The notes beneath the pieces are model-generated. The model had not been told where the DNA came from and searched no databases. It was given only the letters and a program-made list of their open reading frames with translations. A DNA stretch of 64,000 nt from Pseudomonadales bacterium (GTDB lineage: Bacteria; Pseudomonadota; Gammaproteobacteria; Pseudomonadales; GM7GCV1). The position numbers and the translations under genes were made by a program. How positions within the stretch are numbered: the stretch's first letter is position 1; every line of letters starts with the position of its first letter. Location of the stretch: positions 101,252 through 165,251 of the forward strand of contig CBDBDZ010000014.1 of the NCBI GenBank assembly GCA_965204215.1. Reading direction: 5' to 3'. Shown here one piece after another: positions 9,739 through 19,887 of this stretch.

Positions 9739-10813
9739 CATTAATATTTAACCACTCAATTTCTGTCACTTCCTTTCGCAGTTTATATTGGTTGCGAAGC
9801 CGTTTAAAATCAGCTGCATTGCCACAATTTTGTTTCATTTGACAGCTTAGACGGTCAGGGTTGAAATGCTGTAGAAACGCTTGCTCAAATGACAGTGCTT
9901 CTACATCAATGACATGTTTTTCAACGTAAAAAACCGATGTTTTCTTTTTAGGAAAATTAAAAAAGTCAATAATTTTATCAACGACTTGCTGTGTAGCTGC
10001 TAATTTTCCAAGCATGGAATAACCGGCTATATGTGGTGTAGCAATTTCGACAAGGTTTAACAGCTTTAAGTTGATGTGGGGCTCATTTTCCCATACATCC
10101 AGTACAACATTAAATTCCGGGTTTTGTCGTTTAAAGTTTAAAAGAGCTATATTATCAATAACCATACCTCTTGAAGTATTGATAATGCACTGCGTATGAG
10201 TTAGTGATTCCAAAATTTTTTTATTGATTAAATGACGAGTGGCGTGCTTACCGCTATGAGTTAAAGGGACATGTAAGCTAATAATATCGCATTGTATTAC
10301 CTCGTTAAATGTTACCCAATTAACGTTTGATTGACCTTGTTTAAAAGGGTCATAACAAAAACATTGAATACCTAATTTAGATAATAATTTATAAAGACGA
10401 TAGCCAGTATTGCCACAACCGATAATGCCAAGTTTTAATTGCTTGAGTTGATTCATGGAATATTGATTAAATAAAGCAGCGAGTACATATTCAACCACTG
10501 CTTGCGCATTGCAGCCAGGGGCATTGGCAAAACCTATATTATTTTTTCTCAAATAAAGAGTATCAATATGATCAAAGCCAATGGTTGCACTGGCGATAAA
10601 CTTAACCTTACTGTCCTGCAACAGCTTTTGATTAATTGGCGTTTCGGTGCGAACAACTAACACATCAGCATCTTGAATGGTTTGAGGAGAAATATCGGCA
10701 GAATGTAAAAAGGTCACTTTGCCCAAAGCTTCAATTGCACGGAAATTGGCTACTTTGTTGTCTGCAACGATATTTAAACCCGGATTATGCATTAGAATTT
10801 GGGTTAAACCCAT
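9707..10813 (-). CDS. pdxB: erythronate-4-phosphate dehydrogenase
   Basis: 368-aa ORF with a D-2-hydroxyacid dehydrogenase fold (GIIGCGNTGYRL) and a PdxB-type C-terminal extension. An alternative ATG at 10792 shares the leader AAATTCTAATG with dtd. The gene overlaps pepQ convergently by 32 nt. Confidence 0.85.
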   Translation of the reverse strand: MGLTQILMHNPGLNIVADNKVANFRAIEALGKVTFLHSADISPQTIQDADVLVVRTETPINQKLLQDSKVKFIASATIGFDHIDTLYLRKNNIGFANAPGCNAQAVVEYVLAALFNQYSMNQLKQLKLGIIGCGNTGYRLYKLLSKLGIQCFCYDPFKQGQSNVNWVTFNEVIQCDIISLHVPLTHSGKHATRHLINKKILESLTHTQCIINTSRGMVIDNIALLNFKRQNPEFNVVLDVWENEPHINLKLLNLVEIATPHIAGYSMLGKLAATQQVVDKIIDFFNFPKKKTSVFYVEKHVIDVEALSFEQAFLQHFNPDRLSCQMKQNCGNAADFKRLRNQYKLRKEVTEIEWLNINANNQLLKHLA

Positions 10814-10822
10814 TTGATATGT

Positions 10823-11257
10823 TTAAGTTTCCAGCATAAAAGTCACAGGGCCATCATTAACCAGTTCAATTTGCATATTCGCTGCAAATATTCCTGCTTT
10901 GGTAGTTACTTGTTTCGCACAATATTCAATGAACTCATTGTATAGCGACTCTGCCAACTGTGGGCTTGCCGCCTTGCTGAAGCCTGGTCGAAGCCCCTTT
11001 GTTGTCGATGCCGCTAAAGTAAACTGAGATACAATCAATAATTCACCAGTTGTAGTCTTAAGGCTTAAATTCATCTTGCCATCCTGGTCGCTAAATATTC
11101 GATAATTGAGCATTTTTTCAGCAGCTTTTGTTACGGTTTCGCTGGTATCTTTTTGTTCAACACCTAAAAGCAGTAACAGTCCTTGATTAATGCTACTTTC
11201 AATTTTATTGTTGACAGTCACTGATGCATGACTTACTCTTTGTATCAGGCATTTCAT
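10823..11257 (-). CDS. dtd: D-aminoacyl-tRNA deacylase
   Basis: 144 aa: MKCLIQRVSHASVTV ..., with SQFTL and GLRPGF motifs. Confidence 0.9.
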   Translation of the reverse strand: MKCLIQRVSHASVTVNNKIESSINQGLLLLLGVEQKDTSETVTKAAEKMLNYRIFSDQDGKMNLSLKTTTGELLIVSQFTLAASTTKGLRPGFSKAASPQLAESLYNEFIEYCAKQVTTKAGIFAANMQIELVNDGPVTFMLET

Positions 11258-11304
11258 TAGAATTTTGCTCTCATATAATGGGTATTGGCATTATAATATA
11301 ACCC

Positions 11305-11913
11305 ATGATTAAATATGCAATTGATGACAGACCGCGTTGTAAGTGGTCTTTTAGCAGTAAAAAATACCGAGAACTTTATGTTAATTATCACGACACTGAA
11401 TGGGGTGTGCCCTGTTTTACTGATGCTGTATTGTTCGAAAAATTGATTTTAGAAAGCAATCAAGCAGGATTGTCATGGATTACTATATTGGTTAAGCGTG
11501 AAAATTTTCGCAGAGCATACAATAATTTTGACCCGCATATTATTGCCGACTATACTGATGCTGACGTAGCAAGATTGATGCAAGATGAAGGTATTGTAAG
11601 AAATCGCGCAAAAATTAATGCGGCTATTAGCAATAGCCGTATTTTCCTGGATATTCAAAATCAACACGGTAATTTTAGTAATTACTTATGGCAATTTGTG
11701 GATGGTGAACCTGTCGTCAATCAATTGCAAGAGGATGAACCAGCACCAGTATCTTCAGCGCTGTCTGATACTATTAGTAAAGATCTTAAAAAACGTGGTT
11801 GCAAATTTACAGGAACGGTGATGGTGTACAGTTATTTGCAATCGCTAGGGATTATTAACGATCATTGGGAAGGTTGTTATCGATTTGAGGAATGCCAAAA
11901 GTTGCGCCGCTAA
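11305..11913 (+). CDS. tag: DNA-3-methyladenine glycosylase I
   Basis: 202 aa with RCKW ... YHDTEWGVP, the Tag family signature. Confidence 0.9.
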   Translation: MIKYAIDDRPRCKWSFSSKKYRELYVNYHDTEWGVPCFTDAVLFEKLILESNQAGLSWITILVKRENFRRAYNNFDPHIIADYTDADVARLMQDEGIVRNRAKINAAISNSRIFLDIQNQHGNFSNYLWQFVDGEPVVNQLQEDEPAPVSSALSDTISKDLKKRGCKFTGTVMVYSYLQSLGIINDHWEGCYRFEECQKLRR

Positions 11914-11918
11914 AATTT

Positions 11919-12977
11919 ATGATAATCATCCGTTATTTCTTTTCCAGCGTTTTCAATTGGTGCTTGCTACTATTTTTTATGCTGTCTTGTTTGCTGTTCA
12001 TAGGTCAGGTATTGGAGCAGTCTGATAATTTAAATAATAATTTCAGGTTTGTAGATTTGGTCTGGTACAGTATACAGTTATTACCGAGCGAATTAATTGA
12101 ATTGTCTGCAGTGATTATTAGTATAGGAACCATGATAGCTTTGGCATTGATGGCGCACCATAGTGAAGTTAATGTGCTTAGATGTTCAGGTCAGTCGATT
12201 TTTTTATTGCTACACAAGGCTATGCTACCTGCGTTGGTTTTCTTGTTATTGATTTGGGGAATTGGAGAGCTTAATATCGCCAAATTGGAGCAAAATGCTA
12301 AAGCGCAGAAGTCTTTATTGTTGTCAAATAATGATGATGGCAGAATTGATGAATCTGAAATTTGGTTTAAACATGATAATAATTACTATCACTTGTCCAA
12401 TTTATTTTCATCAGGGGTTGCCAGGAAAATTACGCGTTGGCAACCTTCCGAAGCCCATAACCAAATTGTCAGAATTCAAACTATCGCTTCTATGACCTAT
12501 GAAAGCTATAATCCAGAAAATGAATATTGGTTGCAAGATAAAGTCAAAGTAACAAACTTTGATACACAGCAAATAGCTACTGAACAATTTGAATTTAAAA
12601 TCTCAAAAGATCTGCCATCGGTTACTACGTTAAATAGCCTATCGCAAGACATAACCAAACTTCCTTTTAGCCAATTAGTGGCGCTATATAAACAATCCCG
12701 CGCCCATGAATTAGCGTTTTGGGGCAAGTTACTACAACCATTTAATTTTTACAGTTTGATGTTACTGTCTTGCCTCTTTATTTTTATTTCGGGTCGACAA
12801 CGCGACACAGGCAGCAAAATTTTAATGGGGTCTTGTTGTGCAGTTGGCGGTTATATGTTGCAAACACTTATGCCTTCTGTCAGTATCGTGTTCAATTTAA
12901 CGCCACTTTATACTTTGCTGTTTCCCATTATTCTAATTTTTGGCGCAGCGGCTTTTTTTATCTATAAAATTAAATAG
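11919..12977 (+). CDS. LptF/LptG (YjgP/YjgQ) family LPS-export permease
   Basis: ATG 11919 lies right after the tag stop. The protein has multiple TM segments flanking a central soluble region. It neighbours pepA, as lptFG commonly does. Confidence 0.7.
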   Translation: MIIIRYFFSSVFNWCLLLFFMLSCLLFIGQVLEQSDNLNNNFRFVDLVWYSIQLLPSELIELSAVIISIGTMIALALMAHHSEVNVLRCSGQSIFLLLHKAMLPALVFLLLIWGIGELNIAKLEQNAKAQKSLLLSNNDDGRIDESEIWFKHDNNYYHLSNLFSSGVARKITRWQPSEAHNQIVRIQTIASMTYESYNPENEYWLQDKVKVTNFDTQQIATEQFEFKISKDLPSVTTLNSLSQDITKLPFSQLVALYKQSRAHELAFWGKLLQPFNFYSLMLLSCLFIFISGRQRDTGSKILMGSCCAVGGYMLQTLMPSVSIVFNLTPLYTLLFPIILIFGAAAFFIYKIK

Positions 12978-12983
12978 CACCTA

Positions 12984-14513
12984 ATGAAAACAGCAACCAT
13001 TTCTTCTACCGTTGAACCCATTCAAAATATAAAAACTGACTGTTTGGTATTATTAATTAATCCCATGGCGGATTTAAGCGCGGTAGTAAGCCAAATCAAT
13101 GATCTGTGTGAAAATGCCGTTCAACAATTAATTGAAGATGGTGATTTAGGTGATGCAATGGGCAACCATAGTTTCATATCAAGACCCGAAAACATGGCAT
13201 GTAAGCGTATCATGCTGTTTAATATGGGAGCTGAAGCCTCTAAAACACAAGCCAGCAATAGAAAAGTGAAAAAAATGCTAAGCAAACTGGCTGCACGCTG
13301 TGTAAATGCCAGAGCCAGTTCTGTTTGTATAGCATTAGATGACTATAGTCAGAATTTTGAAAACAAGACATTAACAAACTATTGGATAGTTAATCAATTA
13401 GTGTTAGCTATTCATGACCATCAATACAAATTTGATTATTACAAAACAAATCAAAGAGACAGCAGCACATTGGTAACAGATATTGAATTATTTGCTGCAA
13501 CTAACCAGGTAGATGATTACAATAGAGCCATTTTGCATGGGAATGCTATTGGCAGCGGTTGTACCATGACCAAAGACTTGGGCAATCAACCACCGAATAT
13601 TTGTCATCCTGCCTATCTAAAACAATGTGCGGAACAACTAGCGAAAGAAAGTATGAGTTGTGCAGCGCCATTAACGGTAAATTGGCTTGATACTCAAGCA
13701 ATGCAAAATTTAGGTATGGACTCACTACTATCGGTGGCCAAGGGTTCTGATCAACCGCCCTATTTAATAACTTTGGAATACAAAGGTGGCAAAGCGGGAG
13801 ATGTTCCAGTAGCATTAGTGGGGAAAGGTGTTACCTTTGATACAGGTGGTATTTCATTAAAACCAGGTCTTGGGATGGATGAAATGAAATATGATATGTG
13901 TGGAGCGGCAACAGTATTAGGGGTAATGAAAGCTGTGTATCAATTACAACTACCGATGAATATTGTTGCCGTAGTTGCTGCTGTAGAAAATATGCCTAGT
14001 GGGTGCGCATCGAGACCTGGTGATATTGTGACCAGTATGTCAGGTAAGACGATAGAAATTTTAAATACGGATGCTGAGGGCAGGCTTATATTATGCGATG
14101 CCCTTACTTATACTCAAACCACTTACAAACCTGAAACCATTATCGATATTGCCACTTTGACAGGCGCATGTGTTATTGCACTTGGCAATCATGCGTCGGG
14201 CATGTATAGTAATAATCAGATGTTGGCAGATAAGCTGTTAAATGCAGGAGAACAAATAGAAGATAGAGCCTGGCAAATGCCACTTTGGCCAGAATATACT
14301 GCTCAGCTAAAAAGTCCTTTTGCAGACTTGGCTAATATTGGGGGTAAAACGGCGGGCAGTGTAACTGCAGCTTGCTTTTTAGCAGAATTTTGTAAAGAAT
14401 GTGATTGGGCGCACTTGGATATTGCAGGAACAGCCTGGAAAAGCGGCAGTCAAAAAGGTGCTACTGCTAGACCTGTACCTCTGTTATGCCAGTTTTTACT
14501 GGATTATTGTTAA
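12984..14513 (+). CDS. pepA: leucyl aminopeptidase (M17)
   Basis: 509 aa with VGKGVTFDTGGISLKP and NTDAEGRLILCDAL. Confidence 0.92.
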   Translation: MKTATISSTVEPIQNIKTDCLVLLINPMADLSAVVSQINDLCENAVQQLIEDGDLGDAMGNHSFISRPENMACKRIMLFNMGAEASKTQASNRKVKKMLSKLAARCVNARASSVCIALDDYSQNFENKTLTNYWIVNQLVLAIHDHQYKFDYYKTNQRDSSTLVTDIELFAATNQVDDYNRAILHGNAIGSGCTMTKDLGNQPPNICHPAYLKQCAEQLAKESMSCAAPLTVNWLDTQAMQNLGMDSLLSVAKGSDQPPYLITLEYKGGKAGDVPVALVGKGVTFDTGGISLKPGLGMDEMKYDMCGAATVLGVMKAVYQLQLPMNIVAVVAAVENMPSGCASRPGDIVTSMSGKTIEILNTDAEGRLILCDALTYTQTTYKPETIIDIATLTGACVIALGNHASGMYSNNQMLADKLLNAGEQIEDRAWQMPLWPEYTAQLKSPFADLANIGGKTAGSVTAACFLAEFCKECDWAHLDIAGTAWKSGSQKGATARPVPLLCQFLLDYC

Positions 14514-14515
14514 TA

Positions 14516-15091
14516 CTATAATCCATTAAATTGGTTTGAATCGCCAAGGGGTGCGGAAGCACCACTATTTTCCTCAATTTTTTGTTGTGATAAACGTTCT
14601 TCATTAGTCGATTCTATACGATACCGCCTGGAGAGGCGCTTGTGTTTTCGTTGTTGAATAGTATCGCCAGTCAAGCCATACAATTTGCCAAGACGGTTAT
14701 GAAACCGTGCTAAAATTTTTTTGATATCTTCTTCAACAATTACATTACAAATATTAATAGATTCTATATAATATCGCTTGGCTAAATCAAGCTTCCCGTT
14801 TTCAATTAATATAGTTCCGTAGTTATTATAGAAATAGGCAATGTGGGCATCTGCACCATCAAGTAATTCAGGACGTTGCTCTAAAACGTAATCAGCTAAT
14901 TGTTTACTTATTCTGAATTCTTTATTGCTGAATAGTTCGACGAGTTTTATATTAATACGCAGTAAGTCCTCATCCTTATATTGTTCAAATTTTCCAGAAT
15001 TAGTACTTTGGGCAAAAACATTCGTTATAATGATAGTTAATACTGTCACAAATACACATTTTACACATTTAAATTTCTTGTTTATCGACAT
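14516..15091 (-). CDS. hypothetical secreted protein, TPR-like helical repeats
   Basis: 191 aa. It has an N-terminal signal-like segment (VFVTVLTIIITNVFA) and helical-repeat-like content (YFYNNYGTILIENGKLDLAKRYY). Confidence 0.55.
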   Translation of the reverse strand: MSINKKFKCVKCVFVTVLTIIITNVFAQSTNSGKFEQYKDEDLLRINIKLVELFSNKEFRISKQLADYVLEQRPELLDGADAHIAYFYNNYGTILIENGKLDLAKRYYIESINICNVIVEEDIKKILARFHNRLGKLYGLTGDTIQQRKHKRLSRRYRIESTNEERLSQQKIEENSGASAPLGDSNQFNGL

Positions 15092-15221
15092 AATTACTTG
15101 CGCGGAGTTTATTCAATAGATTATTGACCATGTCAGTATAACATTGAAATAAATAAGATAATTAATATTATGACAAAAAACTTTATTTTCCCACTATTTT
15201 TTTATATTTGAGAGATACATT

Positions 15222-16406
15222 ATGACGAAAGAAGCAGTAATTGTCAGTGCCGCTCGCACCCCAATCGGTAGAGCTTACAAAGGGGCTTTTAATGATTTGC
15301 AATCACCCTCTTTATGCTCTCACGCTATTCAAGCAGCAGTAGGACGCGCTGGTGTTGACAAAGCCGAAATTGACGATTGCATTATAGGTGCAGCCATCGC
15401 TCAAGGTACTCAAAGTATGAATTTAGGACGCATTGCAGCCATTGCATCAGGTCTTCCTCCAACGGTTAGTGGTATGACAATAGACAGGCAGTGTTCATCG
15501 GGTTTAATGAGCATTGCAACAGGGGCAAAGCAAATTGTTCACGATGGTATGTCTACCGTTCTGGCTGGTGGTTGTGAGTCTATTAGCCTGGTTCAAACCC
15601 AACACTACAATGGTCATAAATTAGCAGACCCTCAAGCTATTGCCAATTCTCCCAATATTTATATGGCGATGTTAGACACTGCTGAAGTCGTCGCCAAGCG
15701 CTACAATATCAGCCGTGAAGCACAAGATGAATATGCATTGCAGTCGCAAAAGCGTGTAGCAGTTGCTCAAGAAAATGGGTTGTACAATGATGAAGTTGTT
15801 CCAGTAACGGCTGAAAAATTAGTTACCAACAAGGAGACTGGCGAAACCAGTACCGAAACAGTTACTTTGACTAAAGACGAAGGCAATCGCCCTGCTACTA
15901 CCTTGGAAGGTCTGAGTAGTTTAGGAGCCGTGCGCGATGGAGGTTCAATTACTGCGGGTAATGCGTCGCAACTTTCAGATGGAGCAGCAGCTGTGGTATT
16001 AATGGATGGCAAACAAGCTGAACAGCGAAATTTAGAACCACTTGGTGCATACCGCGGTATGGCGGTAACGGGGTGTGCTCCCGATGAAATGGGTATTGGC
16101 CCTGTTTTTGCAGTACCCGAATTGCTTAAGCGCAATGGTTTAACCATGGATGATATCGGCCTTTGGGAACTAAATGAAGCCTTTGCTGTGCAAGTCATTT
16201 ATTGTCGAGACAGGCTGGGTATTGATAATAATAAGCTTAATGTTAATGGAGGAGCAATTTCTATTGGCCACCCCTATGGTATGAGTGGTGCAAGAATGAC
16301 CATGCACGCACTGATGGAGGGTCGTCGCCAAGGTGTCAAATATGTTGTTGTTACCATGTGTGTTGGTGGAGGCATGGGAGCTGCCGGATTATTTGAAGTC
16401 TATTAA
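15222..16406 (+). CDS. acetyl-CoA C-acyltransferase (thiolase)
   Basis: 394 aa with thiolase sites [31 protein letters not shown] and CVGGGMG. Confidence 0.9.
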   Translation: MTKEAVIVSAARTPIGRAYKGAFNDLQSPSLCSHAIQAAVGRAGVDKAEIDDCIIGAAIAQGTQSMNLGRIAAIASGLPPTVSGMTIDRQCSSGLMSIATGAKQIVHDGMSTVLAGGCESISLVQTQHYNGHKLADPQAIANSPNIYMAMLDTAEVVAKRYNISREAQDEYALQSQKRVAVAQENGLYNDEVVPVTAEKLVTNKETGETSTETVTLTKDEGNRPATTLEGLSSLGAVRDGGSITAGNASQLSDGAAAVVLMDGKQAEQRNLEPLGAYRGMAVTGCAPDEMGIGPVFAVPELLKRNGLTMDDIGLWELNEAFAVQVIYCRDRLGIDNNKLNVNGGAISIGHPYGMSGARMTMHALMEGRRQGVKYVVVTMCVGGGMGAAGLFEVY

Positions 16407-16457
16407 GCGTTAAAGTACGAATTTTTTGCATAGTGTTCTTCCTGTAAAGTAAGCATT

Positions 16458-18011
16458 ATGGGAAAAAACATTTTGGTTATCATGGCGGATCAACTCACTG
16501 CGTTTGGGTTGAATTGCTATGGTACAAATTATGCTATTACGCCTAACCTGGATAAATTAGCGGCTACTGGCTTATTATTCAAAAATGCTTATTCATCAAG
16601 TCCTTTGTGTACGCCGGCACGCTATGCATTTATGACAGGGCAACATGTTTCGGCTATAAGTGGTTACGATAATGCTTCTTACCTGCCTAGTACCGTACCA
16701 ACCTTTGCACATTATTTAAGACAGATGGGTTATTTAACAGCGCTAGCCGGGAAAATGCATTTTGTCGGTTCGGATCAACTTCATGGTTTTGAAGAGCGCT
16801 ACACTACAGACGTCTATCCTGCAGACTTTGGTTGGGTTCCCGACTGGAAAAACCCGGATAAACGCATAGACTTGTGGTACCACAATATGTCGTCAATCAA
16901 GCAGGCAGGTATAGCAAGTATCACCAACCAGCTTGCCTATGATGATGAAGTGGGAGCGGTCAGTATGCGGGCTTTATACAATTACGCACGCTCAATGCAG
17001 GATAAGCCTTTTTGCCTGGTGTCCAGTTTTATACACCCTCACGACCCTTATGCCGCAAGACAAAAATACTGGGATATGTATACAAATGTTGACATTCCAT
17101 TACCGAGTTGTGCAAGGCCAAACCCTAAGGATAATGACCCGCATAATTTACGCCTTGAAAAGGTCATTGCCCTTGGTGCAGTGGACGTTTCAGAGCAAGA
17201 AATTATCAATGCGCGACGCGCATATTTTGCCAATGTAACCTATGTTGATGAATGGGTTGGTCGATTAATTGACACTTTAGAAGAAACGGGACAACGCGAT
17301 AATACAACCATTATTTTTACTAGCGACCATGGCGATATGCTTGGCGAATATGGTCTTTGGTACAAAATGAGTTTCCGCGAGTGGTCATCGCGTATTCCGT
17401 TAATAGTTAACGATAGAGATTTAAGCGTTGGTGAGGTTAATTTTCCTGTCAGTCAGCTTGATATACTACCAACACTAGTAGATATTGCGGTAAGTAGTTC
17501 TGATAAGCAAACAGCGCCAGAGGTTATTGACCCATTAAGTGGACACAGCTTGATTGATATTGCAAATAATAATGCAAAATATGATTCCAGAGTTGTTGCA
17601 GCTGAATATTTAGGCGAGGGTTTAAGCGAACCAATGTTAATGCTGAGAGATAAACGGTATAAATACATTCAATGCAAGGGTGACCCGGATCAGTTGTTTG
17701 ATTTGTACAATGACCTTAGCGAAATAACCAATTTAGCCAGTAATACAGACTATAGTGAGTGCACACTAGCGTTTAAAAAATTAGCTGGTGAACACTGGAA
17801 TGCCGATGAGTTAAAACAAAAAGTGTTAGTTGATCAACGCCGTCGCAGGTTGGTGTCCTCTGCACTGCATCATGGAAATTATCATAGCTGGGATTGGAAC
17901 CCTATTCGTGATGCTTCGCAAGAATATACACGCTCGCATTTAGAGCTTTCGGCATTTGACTTTGAGTCGCGTTTTCCAAGGCCACCTGAATTTAAACCTC
18001 GCTGGAAATAA
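16458..18011 (+). CDS. betC: choline-sulfatase
   Basis: 517 aa. It has the sulfatase formylglycine motif SSPLCTPARYAFMTG, and HGFEERYTTDVYPADFGWVPDW resembles BetC. Confidence 0.8.
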   Translation: MGKNILVIMADQLTAFGLNCYGTNYAITPNLDKLAATGLLFKNAYSSSPLCTPARYAFMTGQHVSAISGYDNASYLPSTVPTFAHYLRQMGYLTALAGKMHFVGSDQLHGFEERYTTDVYPADFGWVPDWKNPDKRIDLWYHNMSSIKQAGIASITNQLAYDDEVGAVSMRALYNYARSMQDKPFCLVSSFIHPHDPYAARQKYWDMYTNVDIPLPSCARPNPKDNDPHNLRLEKVIALGAVDVSEQEIINARRAYFANVTYVDEWVGRLIDTLEETGQRDNTTIIFTSDHGDMLGEYGLWYKMSFREWSSRIPLIVNDRDLSVGEVNFPVSQLDILPTLVDIAVSSSDKQTAPEVIDPLSGHSLIDIANNNAKYDSRVVAAEYLGEGLSEPMLMLRDKRYKYIQCKGDPDQLFDLYNDLSEITNLASNTDYSECTLAFKKLAGEHWNADELKQKVLVDQRRRRLVSSALHHGNYHSWDWNPIRDASQEYTRSHLELSAFDFESRFPRPPEFKPRWK

Positions 18012-18014
18012 TTC

Positions 18015-19148
18015 ATGAATTACACAGAAAGTTGCGCAGTTATAAGTGGTACAGGGTTATGGATTCCTGAAAATGTTGTAACTAATGAAGAATTGGTGGA
18101 ATCTTATAATAAGTGGGCAACAAAATACAATGCAGATAATGCCAGAGCAATTGTCTCTGGTGAGCTTGAAGAAAAACCACTGTCAAGTGCAAGCTTTATT
18201 GCTAAAGCATCGGGTATTAAAAGCCGTTATGCCTACCGCAAAGAAGGCATTTTAGATATCGAGCGTATGCGTCCTTACATTCCAGCAAGAGGTGATGATG
18301 AAACTTCTGTACAGGCAGAAATGGCTATTAACGCTGCGAGAAAAGCACTGGATAATGCGGGTAAGAAGCCGGCAGATATTGATGCAGTTATTGTCTCATG
18401 CGCCTATACTCAGCGCTCCTACCCTGCTATAGCTATTGAAGTTCAAGATGCTTTGGGCATCAAAGGTTTTGGTTTTGATATGTTAGTTGCCTGCTCGGCA
18501 GCAACTTTTGCGTTACATCGTGCCTATGAAATGGTTGTTGCAGGAACAGCTAATGCTGTATTGGTTATCGACCCTGAGTTGACATCGCCGCAGGTCAATT
18601 ATTGCGATAGAGACAGCCATTTTATTTTTGGTGATGTTTCAATTGCCACTGTAGTAGAGCGCAGCGATACATCCAATAGTGCCCATTGTTACAAAATTTT
18701 GGGCATCAAAGCCCAGACGGTTTATTCTAATAATATTCGCTCCAATTTCGGTTATACCAGTAGAACCAGCGATACAGACCCCTACGCTGCTGATGCTTTG
18801 TTCTCTCAAAATGGGCAAAAAGTGTTTAAAGAAGTGTGTCCAATGGCTGCAAAACACATTAGTGATCATTTACAGCAATATGATTTAGATGCAAACGATC
18901 TGACGCGGTGGTGGCTGCATCAAGCCAATATCAATATGAATACGCTCATTAGTAAACGCTTATTGGGGCGTGATGCAACCGAAAAAGAAGCTCCTATAGT
19001 GCTTGACCGTTTTGCTAATACAGCATCTGCTGGGTCAATTATTGCGTTTAACCTTTATAATCAAGATTTGGTTGCAGGCGATATAGGTGTGATTTGTTCT
19101 TTTGGGGCGGGTTACTCTATTGGCTCGTTGGTGATAGAGAAGGTTTAA
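18015..19148 (+). CDS. long-form beta-ketoacyl-ACP synthase III (FabH-like)
   Basis: 377 aa. The Cys-His-Asn triad context is present (VACSAATFAL, WLHQANINMN, FANTASAGS), together with ASGIKSRY and DRDSHFIFGD blocks. Confidence 0.85.
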   Translation: MNYTESCAVISGTGLWIPENVVTNEELVESYNKWATKYNADNARAIVSGELEEKPLSSASFIAKASGIKSRYAYRKEGILDIERMRPYIPARGDDETSVQAEMAINAARKALDNAGKKPADIDAVIVSCAYTQRSYPAIAIEVQDALGIKGFGFDMLVACSAATFALHRAYEMVVAGTANAVLVIDPELTSPQVNYCDRDSHFIFGDVSIATVVERSDTSNSAHCYKILGIKAQTVYSNNIRSNFGYTSRTSDTDPYAADALFSQNGQKVFKEVCPMAAKHISDHLQQYDLDANDLTRWWLHQANINMNTLISKRLLGRDATEKEAPIVLDRFANTASAGSIIAFNLYNQDLVAGDIGVICSFGAGYSIGSLVIEKV

Positions 19149-19297
19149 CCCGGATTATTCTGGATAGCGTGGTGAATTTTCATGTCTGATTCACTCAAAC
19201 TTGCAGTATATAGCCTGAGTGACTTTGCCAACGCTTGTGCCACATATTATCGGTATTTTCATGCTGAATTAATAATAAGTGGTGGAGCCAATACAAA

Positions 19298-19319
19298 ATG
19301 CCCGACTGAAGTCGGGCAT
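19298..19319 (-). terminator. rho-independent terminator downstream of the YHS-domain gene
   Basis: A 9-bp perfect stem, ATGCCCGAC/GTCGGGCAT, with loop TGAA. On the minus strand the hairpin is followed by TTTTGTATT. Confidence 0.6.
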
Positions 19320-19341
19320 TGAGAGAAAGGGCTAAACGAGT

Positions 19342-19803
19342 TTATTCGTCTAACAGGTCTTCTAATAAATCAGGCCAAAGTTCATTGCCATCAACAATAT
19401 ACTTCTTCGTGTCTTTCTTCCATTTCTTCTGAATTCTGGCATCGTAATTTAAGTATAGCTTATCGTCAATAATGCTAAATTGTGAGGGATTAATTTTAGC
19501 AGTATCGTCGTGAGCTACGGCCCAGGCGCAGTAACCCCCGTATTGAGGTGCATATTTTTCAGGATTGGCAGCAAATAATTCCAAATTTTCTTTAGAGCTG
19601 AATAGCCAGCGCGAATCACTCCATTGGTATTCAAACTCTTCAGAGCCTTTCACTGGTGCATTTTGAGTAAAATAGGCAACGACATCGTAGCCCCCAATAA
19701 CAAAGTCTGAATTACTGAAACGACCAATTTTGGTATTGTAAGCACCAGCTGCAAAAACGCTAAAAGATAATGTAAGTAGAACGAGGGCTAGTATTTTTTT
19801 CAT
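19342..19803 (-). CDS. YHS-domain periplasmic protein
   Basis: 153 aa with a signal peptide (LTLSFSVFAAGA) and the motifs GGYDVVAY and YGGYCAWAV. Confidence 0.75.
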   Translation of the reverse strand: MKKILALVLLTLSFSVFAAGAYNTKIGRFSNSDFVIGGYDVVAYFTQNAPVKGSEEFEYQWSDSRWLFSSKENLELFAANPEKYAPQYGGYCAWAVAHDDTAKINPSQFSIIDDKLYLNYDARIQKKWKKDTKKYIVDGNELWPDLLEDLLDE

Positions 19804-19887
19804 AATAGAATCTGTTGTTTGTTGTTAAATTTAGTGTCTTAGAGTTAATAGTAATTAAATTGGTTCAATCATATTGGTACATTTTGG

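Noticed and set aside
15767-16198. Long antisense ORFs inside well-supported genes (15767..16198, 29661..30164, 33476..33889, 30655..31005, 36336..36683, 60691..61116)
   Set aside because: Each lies entirely within a gene on the opposite strand or in another frame that has clear family motifs. Their compositions are Ser/Pro/Ala-rich in the manner of antisense shadows, and they have no start context.
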